Origin: a bacterium
GTDB lineage: Bacteria; Verrucomicrobiota; Kiritimatiellia; UBA8416; CAMZLY01
Direction: 5' to 3'
Assembly: GCA_030632465.1 (NCBI GenBank)
Contig: DAOVUR010000001.1
Location: 1-28,133, forward strand
DNA length: 28,133 nt
The translations under genes were made by a program, and so were the position numbers. The notes beneath the pieces were generated by a model. That model was not told the DNA's origin. It saw only the letters and a program-made list of their open reading frames with translations, and did not search any database. This document shows, one piece after another, positions 9,032 to 17,126 of this stretch (position 1 is its first letter; the number at the start of each line of letters is the position of its first letter).

Positions 9032-9949
9032 ATGCGTATTCTCGTCACAGGTGCAGCAGGATTTGTTGGTAAACATCTCCTGCAAGAATTAATCAGACAC
9101 AAACATCAAGCAATTGCTGTTGACCTTAAAGCTGGTGAAAAACAAGATAATGTCACTTGGTACGAATGCGACATTCTTAAACCTGATGAAGTTAATGCAA
9201 TAGTAACAGAAACAAAACCTGATGCCTGCATACATCTCGCAGGCATTGCTTTTGTCCCCTCCGCAGATACTCACCCAGAAACAATGCTCTGCATCAACAT
9301 CCTCGGCACACTAAACATCCTCAATGCGCTCAGCAAAACGTCTCCATCATGCAAAACACTTGTAATCTCCACTGGACACGTTTACGGCACACCTAGCGAA
9401 GATAAGTTAGTAACCGAAGATATGCCACTACATCCCGTAACACTATACGCAATCACCAAAGCCGCCTCCGATTCAGCAGCCCTAGGATTCACCGAAAATA
9501 ACCGACTGCCAGTCATGACAGCACGCCCCAACAACCATTCCGGTCCCGGGCAGTCACCCAACTTTGTCATCCCCGGCTTTGTTAATCAGGCAAAAGCAAT
9601 TGCCGCCGGAACATCAGAACCACTACTACGTGTTGGTAACCTAGAAAGCATCCGCGACTTCACCGATGTACGAGACGTCGTTCGAGCCTACCGTCTACTC
9701 ATAGAAAAAGGGATACCGGGACACGCATACAACATTGCATCATGCGACACCGTATCCATTGGCGACATGCTTAACGAAATATGTCAACTAACAGACATCG
9801 ATCCAACAATAGAAGTAGATCCGAATAAGTTCAGACCAAAAGATCACTCACCAGTACTAGATACAAGCAAACTAAAACAACATACCGGCTGGCAACCAGA
9901 ATATACACGCATCCAAACCCTCACCGATATGATTGAAAGCAGTGAATAA
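9032..9949 (+). CDS. NAD-dependent epimerase/reductase, Rmd-like (GDP-4-keto-6-deoxy-D-mannose reductase)
   Basis: GAAGFVG, YAITK catalytic motif, LRVGNLESIRDFTDVRDVVRAY; directly follows gmd. Confidence 0.75.
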   Translation: MRILVTGAAGFVGKHLLQELIRHKHQAIAVDLKAGEKQDNVTWYECDILKPDEVNAIVTETKPDACIHLAGIAFVPSADTHPETMLCINILGTLNILNALSKTSPSCKTLVISTGHVYGTPSEDKLVTEDMPLHPVTLYAITKAASDSAALGFTENNRLPVMTARPNNHSGPGQSPNFVIPGFVNQAKAIAAGTSEPLLRVGNLESIRDFTDVRDVVRAYRLLIEKGIPGHAYNIASCDTVSIGDMLNEICQLTDIDPTIEVDPNKFRPKDHSPVLDTSKLKQHTGWQPEYTRIQTLTDMIESSE

Positions 9950-9975
9950 CTAATAGTGAACAGTGAATAGTTAAA
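9941..9975 (+). repeat. Heptamer array overlapping the stop codon
   Basis: AGTGAAT AACTAAT AGTGAAC AGTGAAT AGTTAAA; stop TAA at 9947-9949. Confidence 0.8.
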
Positions 9976-10019
9976 AGAAGAAGGTAATATGACACCTACG
10001 GGGTCTTGAAAATTATCAT

Positions 10020-11024
10020 ATGAAGAAAAAAGTCTTCACAATCATACAGATCACCATCGCAATACTCATTCTTGCCGTAATTTTTTTCAAACTACAACAA
10101 AGCGGGCAGCTTACGCAACTACTTGATGCTATCAACAGAGCCATCGGCAACTGGCCCTACCTAATCATCACATTCATCGGACTTTTTCTATCGGCATTTT
10201 TCTGTACAGTCCGCTGGGGTTGCCTACTTAAAGCCCAAGATGTACATATAAAATTCAGCCGCCAGTTCACTCTTTATCTTATCGGACAATTCTTTAGCGC
10301 ATTCATGCTAGGCTCAACAGGTGGCGATGTCATCAAAGCATATTATGTCTCGACAGAAACCAAACATAAACGTGCCGAAGTTGTCGCTACAGTTATTGTC
10401 GATCGTATCATCGGACTCATAGCACTGGTAATACTACTAGCCATACTCACGGTCGTACGAATAAATTTCTTCCTCTCCAGCCCAGAAACAAAAATAGCTA
10501 TATGGTTTAATATGAGCCTACTCATAGCAGTAACAGTTGGGCTTCTAATAATATTTAAGCGTAACCTACTAGAAAAATGGAGTCTATTCAGGAAATTTGA
10601 AGAATCGACATCCATCGGCAAAGTGATAGGTAAAGTCTACAACGCAATGCACATCTGCTTCAACCAACCAGGGCTCATGCCAAAAGTTCTATTTCTATCA
10701 TTCCTGAATCATATCAGCATGGCCGTCTGGGGCTTCTACATTGCCATGGCGCTAGGAATACCAAATGGCTTTATCGACATACTCACAGTCGTAATACTAA
10801 TCAACACAATAGCATCCATCCCAATAACCCCAAATGGACTAGGTACTAGAGAATCTGCTGCTATCTTCATGATGGGCGCAATAGGTGTTTCCGCAGCCAC
10901 AGCCGTAACCTTCTCACTACTATGCTACGCAGCAATACTGCTAATCAGCCTTATCGGCGGCATCTTCTACATCATCTATACCGCCCAAAAAGGAAAGATC
11001 ACCGTCGAGCAACCTATCCAATAG
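10020..11024 (+). CDS. Lysylphosphatidylglycerol-synthase TM / flippase-like (UPF0104) membrane protein
   Basis: RWGCLL, YLIGQFFS..MLGSTGGDVIK, TVIVDRIIG, IPITPNGLGTRE. Confidence 0.88.
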   Translation: MKKKVFTIIQITIAILILAVIFFKLQQSGQLTQLLDAINRAIGNWPYLIITFIGLFLSAFFCTVRWGCLLKAQDVHIKFSRQFTLYLIGQFFSAFMLGSTGGDVIKAYYVSTETKHKRAEVVATVIVDRIIGLIALVILLAILTVVRINFFLSSPETKIAIWFNMSLLIAVTVGLLIIFKRNLLEKWSLFRKFEESTSIGKVIGKVYNAMHICFNQPGLMPKVLFLSFLNHISMAVWGFYIAMALGIPNGFIDILTVVILINTIASIPITPNGLGTRESAAIFMMGAIGVSAATAVTFSLLCYAAILLISLIGGIFYIIYTAQKGKITVEQPIQ

Positions 11025-11387
11025 ATCCTGTTAATCCTGTCTAAAAGAATCTTTTCCGTCGAGCAGATTCGTTTTTTTCATTCGTGCATTCGTGGCAATC
11101 CCCCTTTACTTTTCAGTAGAGCGGTCCCGTAGCGCAAAAAAAATCATTTTGTCCCTAAATCATTTTGTCGTTTCTTTTAATAGCGCACCGTTTTCACCCT
11201 TTTCCCTTTCCGGAATGCCAGCATGGCGTGCATTTGATTGTCGAGCAAAGCGAGACAAGCAAATAAACGCCATCACCGTAGCGCGACATAACAGATTCGT
11301 GTCATTAGTGCAATTCGCGGCAAAACATCTTTTCAGTAGAGCGGTCCCGTAGAGCAAAAAATCATTTTGTCACATAATCATTTTGTC
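11023..11387 (+). repeat. Mosaic intergenic repeat array with hairpin copy at 11223-11273 and internal direct repeat (~11110-11169 and ~11330-11387)
   Basis: Seven GTAG(A/C)GC-type junctions separating modules of 50, 5, 43, 90, 50 and 5 nt. Confidence 0.9.
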
Positions 11388-12204
11388 TTCCAATAACAAC
11401 TTTTTCATTTCGTTCCCGTAAAATCTCATTATTCTCCCCACACTGCGACAGATCACGATACGGAACAGATTTTGCAGACTCAGTAATAGCCAACATCTCA
11501 TCATCGCTATATGGATACTTAATCATATTCTCACTCTTCGCCGCAACAGTCCCAATCCTCTGCTCGCCAACCTGTTCCGACTTACCAATAAAAAAACCAG
11601 CCTCCAGAAAACCAACAAGCACTGGTAAAGCTGTCGAATAGGTCAAGAGCACACCATCAGTCTTCAACAACAGATAGAGCTTCTTAAAGAAATCAACCGT
11701 CCATAACTGCGCATTACGTTGAGTAGAAAATGGGTCATGATAAATCAAGTCATACTGCCGGTGATCAGCAATCAGCTCAGAACAACTCAGCCTAGCATCA
11801 CCCCAAATCATCTCTATATTCAGATAATCACTTGAGTATAATGAGCGTTTGTAGAGCTCAGACAGAATCACTTGCCATTTAGAGTCAATAGATTGCGAAG
11901 CATCACCAACAACCGCCTTATCGATTTCCAGTGCAGTCACACTAATACTACCGCGCCATTTAGCAGCTTCCTCCGCCGCTAAGAGCGTATTGTACCCGAG
12001 CCCAAAACATACATCCAGAACAGAGACAGCAGCATTCGCTAACCGCCTCTCCAGCTCTGACGGAACAATATACTTCGCCAAAGCCTCCTCACGCGCGCCC
12101 TCAAGCGAATGATAATGCTCCTTAAAATCAGAATTAAAAAAGGTGACAGATCCATCACCAGTAATCTTACTTTTCACGTCATCCCTCACCCTTTGCATGT
12201 CCAT
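11362..12204 (-). CDS. Stand-alone MnmC/MnmD-like SAM-dependent tRNA methyltransferase
   Basis: TGDGSVTF...EHYHS..GAREEA..KY, VLDVCFGLGYN, WGDAR, IYHDPFS...LWT; start probably MDMQ at 12204, 4 nt after the upstream stop. Confidence 0.8.
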   Translation of the reverse strand: MDMQRVRDDVKSKITGDGSVTFFNSDFKEHYHSLEGAREEALAKYIVPSELERRLANAAVSVLDVCFGLGYNTLLAAEEAAKWRGSISVTALEIDKAVVGDASQSIDSKWQVILSELYKRSLYSSDYLNIEMIWGDARLSCSELIADHRQYDLIYHDPFSTQRNAQLWTVDFFKKLYLLLKTDGVLLTYSTALPVLVGFLEAGFFIGKSEQVGEQRIGTVAAKSENMIKYPYSDDEMLAITESAKSVPYRDLSQCGENNEILRERNEKVVIGRQNDYVTK

Positions 12205-12208
12205 CAGC

Positions 12209-12394
12209 TCACTTATATAGCACAAAAGGCACATTAACAGGTTGACGAGACTCTTGTCGATAAATACGCTCCATCTGCCCTGTTTTCTTGAGCATACGGA
12301 TATTATCAGCTATCCATTTGTAAACAAGCTCATTCGGCATGCGATCATGCCTATAGACAGGCACATCAAAATTTGGCAGATCTGGCATATCCAC
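12209..12394 (-). CDS. Small hypothetical protein (61 aa), coupled to the upstream nucleotidyltransferase
   Basis: Its ATG overlaps the upstream TGA (ATGA at 12394), and it fills the gap to the next gene exactly. Confidence 0.6.
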   Translation of the reverse strand: MDMPDLPNFDVPVYRHDRMPNELVYKWIADNIRMLKKTGQMERIYRQESRQPVNVPFVLYK

Positions 12395-12921
12395 TATAAT
12401 GCCTCCATCAATCTATTATATATTCCATCAGGCCCATAACGATCACAGAGTTCATGAAGATCATTGTCGTCAATACAGGAAGGCTTATTCTGCAGTATAG
12501 CTACGATATCACTCAAATCTTTAAGTTCACGCTTACTACTGTTCTTCATTGCATGCAATTTCAGCATAATCATATGAGCAAGGCATGGCACATTAAACAG
12601 AACATTTCCTATATTCAGCGGCTGGCTTTCCGCAAACAGAGAGTCAAAAGTTGCCGTATCCACCAACAAAAGGTCAACATCAGCGTGATATATTGAAGGG
12701 GAAGAATAACGAACGAAGTTCTCAGTTTTTGCGGTTTCCACATAACCAGCTGCTGCTAATACATCATGTAGTATCGACTCTTCGCCACTCACCATCAAAC
12801 AATCAATATCAACAGTCTGCCGAACAACATCAAATGCCGGCAGAGCCATACCGCCTATTAACAAAACCGAGACACCACGTTCAGCCAATCCTTCTGATAT
12901 TAATTCCTGTGTAGTTTTCAT
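12394..12921 (-). CDS. Nucleotidyltransferase-fold protein (GG...RxTxDID type)
   Basis: LLIGGMAL...VRQTVDIDCL, DVDLL, LIMLKL.A...KDLSDI: Pol-beta-superfamily NTase pattern. Confidence 0.75.
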   Translation of the reverse strand: MKTTQELISEGLAERGVSVLLIGGMALPAFDVVRQTVDIDCLMVSGEESILHDVLAAAGYVETAKTENFVRYSSPSIYHADVDLLLVDTATFDSLFAESQPLNIGNVLFNVPCLAHMIMLKLHAMKNSSKRELKDLSDIVAILQNKPSCIDDNDLHELCDRYGPDGIYNRLMEAL

Positions 12922-12930
12922 ACTAGTCGT

Positions 12931-12959
12931 ACTATAGCGAGAACAGATAACGCAAACAA
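12931..12959 (-). promoter_or_regulatory. Putative promoter giving a near-leaderless NTase mRNA
   Basis: Minus strand TTGTTT-N17-TATAGT with only 9 nt to the ATG and no SD. Confidence 0.4.
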
Positions 12960-13039
12960 GGAGAATATATACCCCGAGAACTGGAATATTAAATATCGTC
13001 CTGTAAAACAGCTTTCAATAGCGCAACGCCTTCCCTATC

Positions 13040-13318
13040 TTACAGCACCATCTTCACACCATCGACCGCGCGTATCGCCTGATCAACTTTCTCCATTATC
13101 TCTTTTGAATCAGCAGTAAAACTAAAGTTATATGTTGTATACTTACCTTCCGCCGAACTATTCCCTAGAGAAACCTCAGCAACCACCTTTAAATTACCAA
13201 GAACATCCTCAATCAAACCATGAATATCATCACGTTTCTCTGTAATCACCTTAACATGACATACCAGAGGAAACTCCAGCTCCACTCCACACATTTTTTT
13301 TGTTTTTTCTTCTGTCAT
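13040..13318 (-). CDS. DUF493 / YbeD family protein
   Basis: LEFP..CHVKVI...SSAEGKYTTY...VDGVKMVL (ACT-like YbeD pattern). Confidence 0.85.
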   Translation of the reverse strand: MTEEKTKKMCGVELEFPLVCHVKVITEKRDDIHGLIEDVLGNLKVVAEVSLGNSSAEGKYTTYNFSFTADSKEIMEKVDQAIRAVDGVKMVL

Positions 13319-13417
13319 ACTTTTTATCTACTACTTTCTACTTTCTTTTAGAACTTGATTTGAGAACAAGGAACACCGATTAACGAATAATGAGGTATTT
13401 ATTTTTTATCCTGCTAC

Positions 13418-13515
13418 CGGCATTTCGGCTCCGCTCAATGACCTTCTTACTTCTAACATCCCGACACGAGGTCCCTGAGCGGAGCCGAAGGCGTTGCCCT
13501 GAGCGGAGCCGAAGG
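13418..13515. repeat. REP-like TGAGCGGAGCCGAA cluster (one inverted and two direct copies)
   Basis: CCCTGAGCGGAGCCGAAGG at 13473-13491 and 13497-13515; the inverted 26-mer at 13418-13443 is identical to 17065-17090. Confidence 0.85.
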
Positions 13516-13570
13516 GCCGTATCTATTCATCGTTCCGCACTCCCTTTCCCCCTCTCTCTAATTTTTTCTC

Positions 13571-13591
13571 CTGAATCCTGTCTTCTGTTTT
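13571..13591 (-). repeat. Heptamer array directly after the asnS stop
   Basis: Minus strand TAG AAAACAG AAGACAG GATTCAG. Confidence 0.55.
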
Positions 13592-14965
13592 CTAAAATTC
13601 TGCATTGCCAGGCGTACGCGGGAATGCAATCACATCTCTAATATTCTGCATGCCGGTACAGAACTGCACAATACGCTCAAAACCCAGCCCAAACCCTGCA
13701 TGCGGCACAGAGCCAAACTTCCGTAAATCTCTATACCACCAATAGTCATCACAACTCAATCCAGCCTCTTCTATCCTAGCCGACAACACGTCCAGCCGCT
13801 CTTCACGCTGGCTACCACCAATAATCTCTCCAACATGCGGCAACAACACATCCATCGCCGCCACCGTCTTATCATCCTCATTAAGGCGCATATAGAATGA
13901 CTTTATCCCTTTCGGATAATCAGTAACAGTTACCGGACACTCAAACTTCACCTCTGTCAGATAACGCTCATGTTCCGACTGCAAATCCGCCCCCCACTTC
14001 ACCGGATACTCAAACGACACCGTAGCCTGTTCCAGTATAGCAATCGCTTCGGTATAAGTTATACGCTTAAACTCACTACCTGCTAATTTCCGTAAACTAG
14101 CCAACAACGTTGTATCGATGCGCTTATTAAAAAACTCCAGATCCTCCATACAATTTTCCAAAACATAATTAAAAAGATAACGTAAATAATCCTCCGCCAT
14201 ATCTGCATCATCAGCCAGATCAGCAAATGCCATTTCCGGTTCAACCATCCAGAACTCTGCAAGATGCCTACGCGTATTAGAATTCTCCGCCCTGAAAGTA
14301 GGCCCAAACGTATATACATTACCTAACGAGCAAGCAAAACACTCAGCAGCAAGCTGTCCGCTCACGGTTAAACCTGTTTTCTGCCGGAAAAAATCTTTTT
14401 CATAATCCGGCTTTTTACCCAACTCAAGCGTTGTCACCTGAAACATCTCTCCGGCACCCTCACAATCACTAGCAGTAATAATAGGAGTATTAATATAATA
14501 GAATCCAAGATCATCAAAAAACTTATGCGTCGCCATAGCTAATGCATGCCGAACCCTAGTCACGGCACCAAAAGTATTCGTCCGGGCACGGAGATGCGCA
14601 ACCTCACGCAACCGTTCAAACGAAACTCTCTGCTTCTGTAACGGATAATCTGTTGGCTCACAAAAACCAAGGACCTTAACTGACACAGCCTGCACCTCCA
14701 CCGACTGCCCGCCCCCTTGCGATGCAACAACTTTGCCCGTAACAACGATCGAGCTGCCAGGAAAGAGCCTACTTATCTCGCTCTCATAATTAGCCAATGT
14801 AGCATCGGCAATAATCTGCAAACTCGCAAAGCAAGAGCCATCATTTAGCTCAATAAAGGAAAATCCACCCTTAGAATCACGCCTAGTGCGAACCCAGCCA
14901 GCAACACGAACCTCTCGCTCTTCAACTGGACCATTTAATATACTCTTAATAAACTCACGCTTCAT
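13592..14965 (-). CDS. asnS: Asparagine--tRNA ligase
   Basis: [69 protein letters not shown]. Confidence 0.97.
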   Translation of the reverse strand: MKREFIKSILNGPVEEREVRVAGWVRTRRDSKGGFSFIELNDGSCFASLQIIADATLANYESEISRLFPGSSIVVTGKVVASQGGGQSVEVQAVSVKVLGFCEPTDYPLQKQRVSFERLREVAHLRARTNTFGAVTRVRHALAMATHKFFDDLGFYYINTPIITASDCEGAGEMFQVTTLELGKKPDYEKDFFRQKTGLTVSGQLAAECFACSLGNVYTFGPTFRAENSNTRRHLAEFWMVEPEMAFADLADDADMAEDYLRYLFNYVLENCMEDLEFFNKRIDTTLLASLRKLAGSEFKRITYTEAIAILEQATVSFEYPVKWGADLQSEHERYLTEVKFECPVTVTDYPKGIKSFYMRLNEDDKTVAAMDVLLPHVGEIIGGSQREERLDVLSARIEEAGLSCDDYWWYRDLRKFGSVPHAGFGLGFERIVQFCTGMQNIRDVIAFPRTPGNAEF

Positions 14966-15049
14966 AACTATTTACATCTCCATATCTTCACTTACCGCAA
15001 TACTCAACTTTACAACCTAAGTTGTCAAATACTTAACCATTAAACAGGC

Positions 15050-15267
15050 AGTGAATAGTGAATAGTTATTGATTTCCTTCCTTTTTTAATAGTTAGTCAT
15101 CGCTCCTTTTAATAGCGCACCGTTTTCATCCGTTACCCTTTTCTGAATGCTTGCATGGCGTGCATTTGATTGTCGAGCAAAGCGAGACAAGCAGATAAAC
15201 GCCATCACCGTAGCGCAGATTCGTGTAATTCGTGCAATTCGTGGCAAAACATCTTTTCAGTAGAGCA
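15050..15267 (+). repeat. Mosaic intergenic repeat array with hairpin copy at 15155-15205
   Basis: 15050-15100 is near-identical to 22056-22105; junctions at 15112, 15210 and 15260. Confidence 0.88.
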
Positions 15268-15298
15268 GCATCCCCACTTGTACTTTTCTATTTTCTCA

Positions 15299-15328
15299 TT
15301 GACAATAAGACCCAACAAATCGTACTTT
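15299..15328 (+). promoter_or_regulatory. Putative sigma70 promoter of the deacetylase-nagB-kinase genes
   Basis: TTGACA-N18-TACTTT. Confidence 0.4.
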
Positions 15329-15381
15329 TTTCGCATTTATTACCCGTGTACCAACCAAACAAGTAAAGATGGATATTTATA

Positions 15382-16230
15382 ATGAACTTTAGTAGAAAAG
15401 ATACCGATATTTTTGTACCAGACAACACAGCCATGCCAGGTGCCCTAGCCAGAACAACTCACCTCTGCATCGGCGCACATCAAGATGACCAAGAATTTAT
15501 GGCATACCACGGCATCGCCGCCTGTTTCAATAATCCAAACAGATGGTTTAGTGGAGTCTGCGTAACAAATGGTTCCGGTAGTGCACGTGGCGGTATTTAT
15601 GAAAAATATAGCGACGAAGAGATGATGGCGATACGAAAACTAGAACAGCGTAAGGCCGCCTTTCTCGGAGAGTACGGTTGCGAAATCCAACTAGCACACC
15701 CAAGCTCAACCGTAAAAGATGCAACAAACTCTGACGTTGTTGACGATCTCCGTCAAATACTGGAAATCGCAACACCTGAAGTAGTATACCTACATAATCC
15801 TGCCGACAAACATGACACGCACGTAGCATCAATGATGCGCGCTATAACCGCCATACGTAGCTTACCTGCAGAGCAACGCCCAGCCAAAGTATATGGCGCA
15901 GAAATATGGCGTTCACTAGACTGGCTTAATGATGAAGATAAAGAAGTGCTTCCTGTTGATAATAATAAAAATCTAGCATCATCACTTTGCGGCATATTCG
16001 ATTCGCAAATCACCGGCGGCAAACGTTACGACCTAGCAACTATGGGCCGCCAAGCAGCTAACGCAACTTTCTTTTCATCACACGAAACCGACACAAACGA
16101 TGCGCTCACATGGGCCGTAGACCTAACCCCTCTTATCAACGATGACTCACTATCGGTTACCGACCATATTATATCTTTCATAAAACGCTTCGAAGAAGAT
16201 GTTACTAACCGTATAAACAACCTTACATAA
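15382..16230 (+). CDS. PIG-L/LmbE-family Zn-dependent N-deacetylase
   Basis: IGAHQDD (AHxDD), VTNGSG, HNPADKHDTH motifs. Confidence 0.88.
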   Translation: MNFSRKDTDIFVPDNTAMPGALARTTHLCIGAHQDDQEFMAYHGIAACFNNPNRWFSGVCVTNGSGSARGGIYEKYSDEEMMAIRKLEQRKAAFLGEYGCEIQLAHPSSTVKDATNSDVVDDLRQILEIATPEVVYLHNPADKHDTHVASMMRAITAIRSLPAEQRPAKVYGAEIWRSLDWLNDEDKEVLPVDNNKNLASSLCGIFDSQITGGKRYDLATMGRQAANATFFSSHETDTNDALTWAVDLTPLINDDSLSVTDHIISFIKRFEEDVTNRINNLT

Positions 16231-16262
16231 ATAATTTCTAACAACTAATAAAGGATCTTCTC

Positions 16263-17048
16263 ATGGATGTAATCATAAGACCAGACAGCACTACGGCAGC
16301 TAAACTTACAGCAAAAATAATTGCTAACCAGATCATCAAAAAGCCTACTTCAGTAATCGGGCTCGCCACTGGCGGAACAATGGAAAGCGTCTACAAAGAG
16401 TTGGCGCAGATGCATCGTGACGAAGGCCTGGACTTCTCACAAGTAAGTACATTTAATCTAGATGAATATGTTGGGCTCGCACCTGAAGACGTAGATTCTT
16501 ATCGCTACTACATGAACCTCCACCTGTTTGATCAGATCAACATCAACAAAGACAACACCTACCTTCCTAATGGAGCAGCAGCAGATCTAGAACAAGAATG
16601 CCTAAACTACGAAAATAAGATCAAAGAACTTGGCGGCATAGACCTACAACTTCTAGGTGTGGGGCTGTCCGGACATGTGGGATTCAACGAGCCACTTTCG
16701 TCATTTGAATCACTTACAAGAGCGGTCGTTCTAACACCTGTAACCATGGCACAAAATGGTCCACTATTCCCTAACCCAGCCGATATGCCAAAACGCGCAA
16801 TTACTATGGGTGTCAGAACTATTCTAAATAGCAAATCTTGCCTGCTGCTAGCCACTGGTAAACATAAAGCTGATATCCTTGCTAAATCTATCGAAGGCCC
16901 CATGACTGCCATGATTTCAGCGACAGCGCTCCAGATGCACCAGAACTGCAATGTAATTGTTGATGAAGATGCAGCAGCAAAACTTACACAGCAGGAATTT
17001 TGCAAACAGGTTTTCAACATCGATCCTGCCTGGGCAATTTATAAATAG
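16263..17048 (+). CDS. nagB: Glucosamine-6-phosphate deaminase
   Basis: GLATGGT, TFNLDEYVGL, GGIDLQLLGVG..GHVGFNEP, AITMGV, ALQMH. Confidence 0.95.
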   Translation: MDVIIRPDSTTAAKLTAKIIANQIIKKPTSVIGLATGGTMESVYKELAQMHRDEGLDFSQVSTFNLDEYVGLAPEDVDSYRYYMNLHLFDQININKDNTYLPNGAAADLEQECLNYENKIKELGGIDLQLLGVGLSGHVGFNEPLSSFESLTRAVVLTPVTMAQNGPLFPNPADMPKRAITMGVRTILNSKSCLLLATGKHKADILAKSIEGPMTAMISATALQMHQNCNVIVDEDAAAKLTQQEFCKQVFNIDPAWAIYK

Positions 17049-17061
17049 CGACAACTAACAG

Positions 17062-17094
17062 TTACGGCATTTCGGCTCCGCTCAATGACCGTAA
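17062..17094. repeat. REP-like unit between nagB and the kinase gene
   Basis: TTACGG-CAT-TTCGGCTCCGCTCA-ATG-A-CCGTAA hairpin; its 26-mer core is identical to 13418-13443. Confidence 0.8.
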
Positions 17095-17126
17095 TGCAGG
17101 ACAAAAACATTAAACGGAAAAAAGAG

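Noticed and set aside
11092-11357. ORFs 11092-11352 (+) and 11160-11357 (-), and likewise 15170-15382, 22424-22624, 13390-13641 and 27886-28086
   Set aside because: They are read-throughs of repeat DNA. The peptide (R)DKQINAIT or a close variant recurs only because the hairpin recurs, and they lack a convincing SD or family motif.
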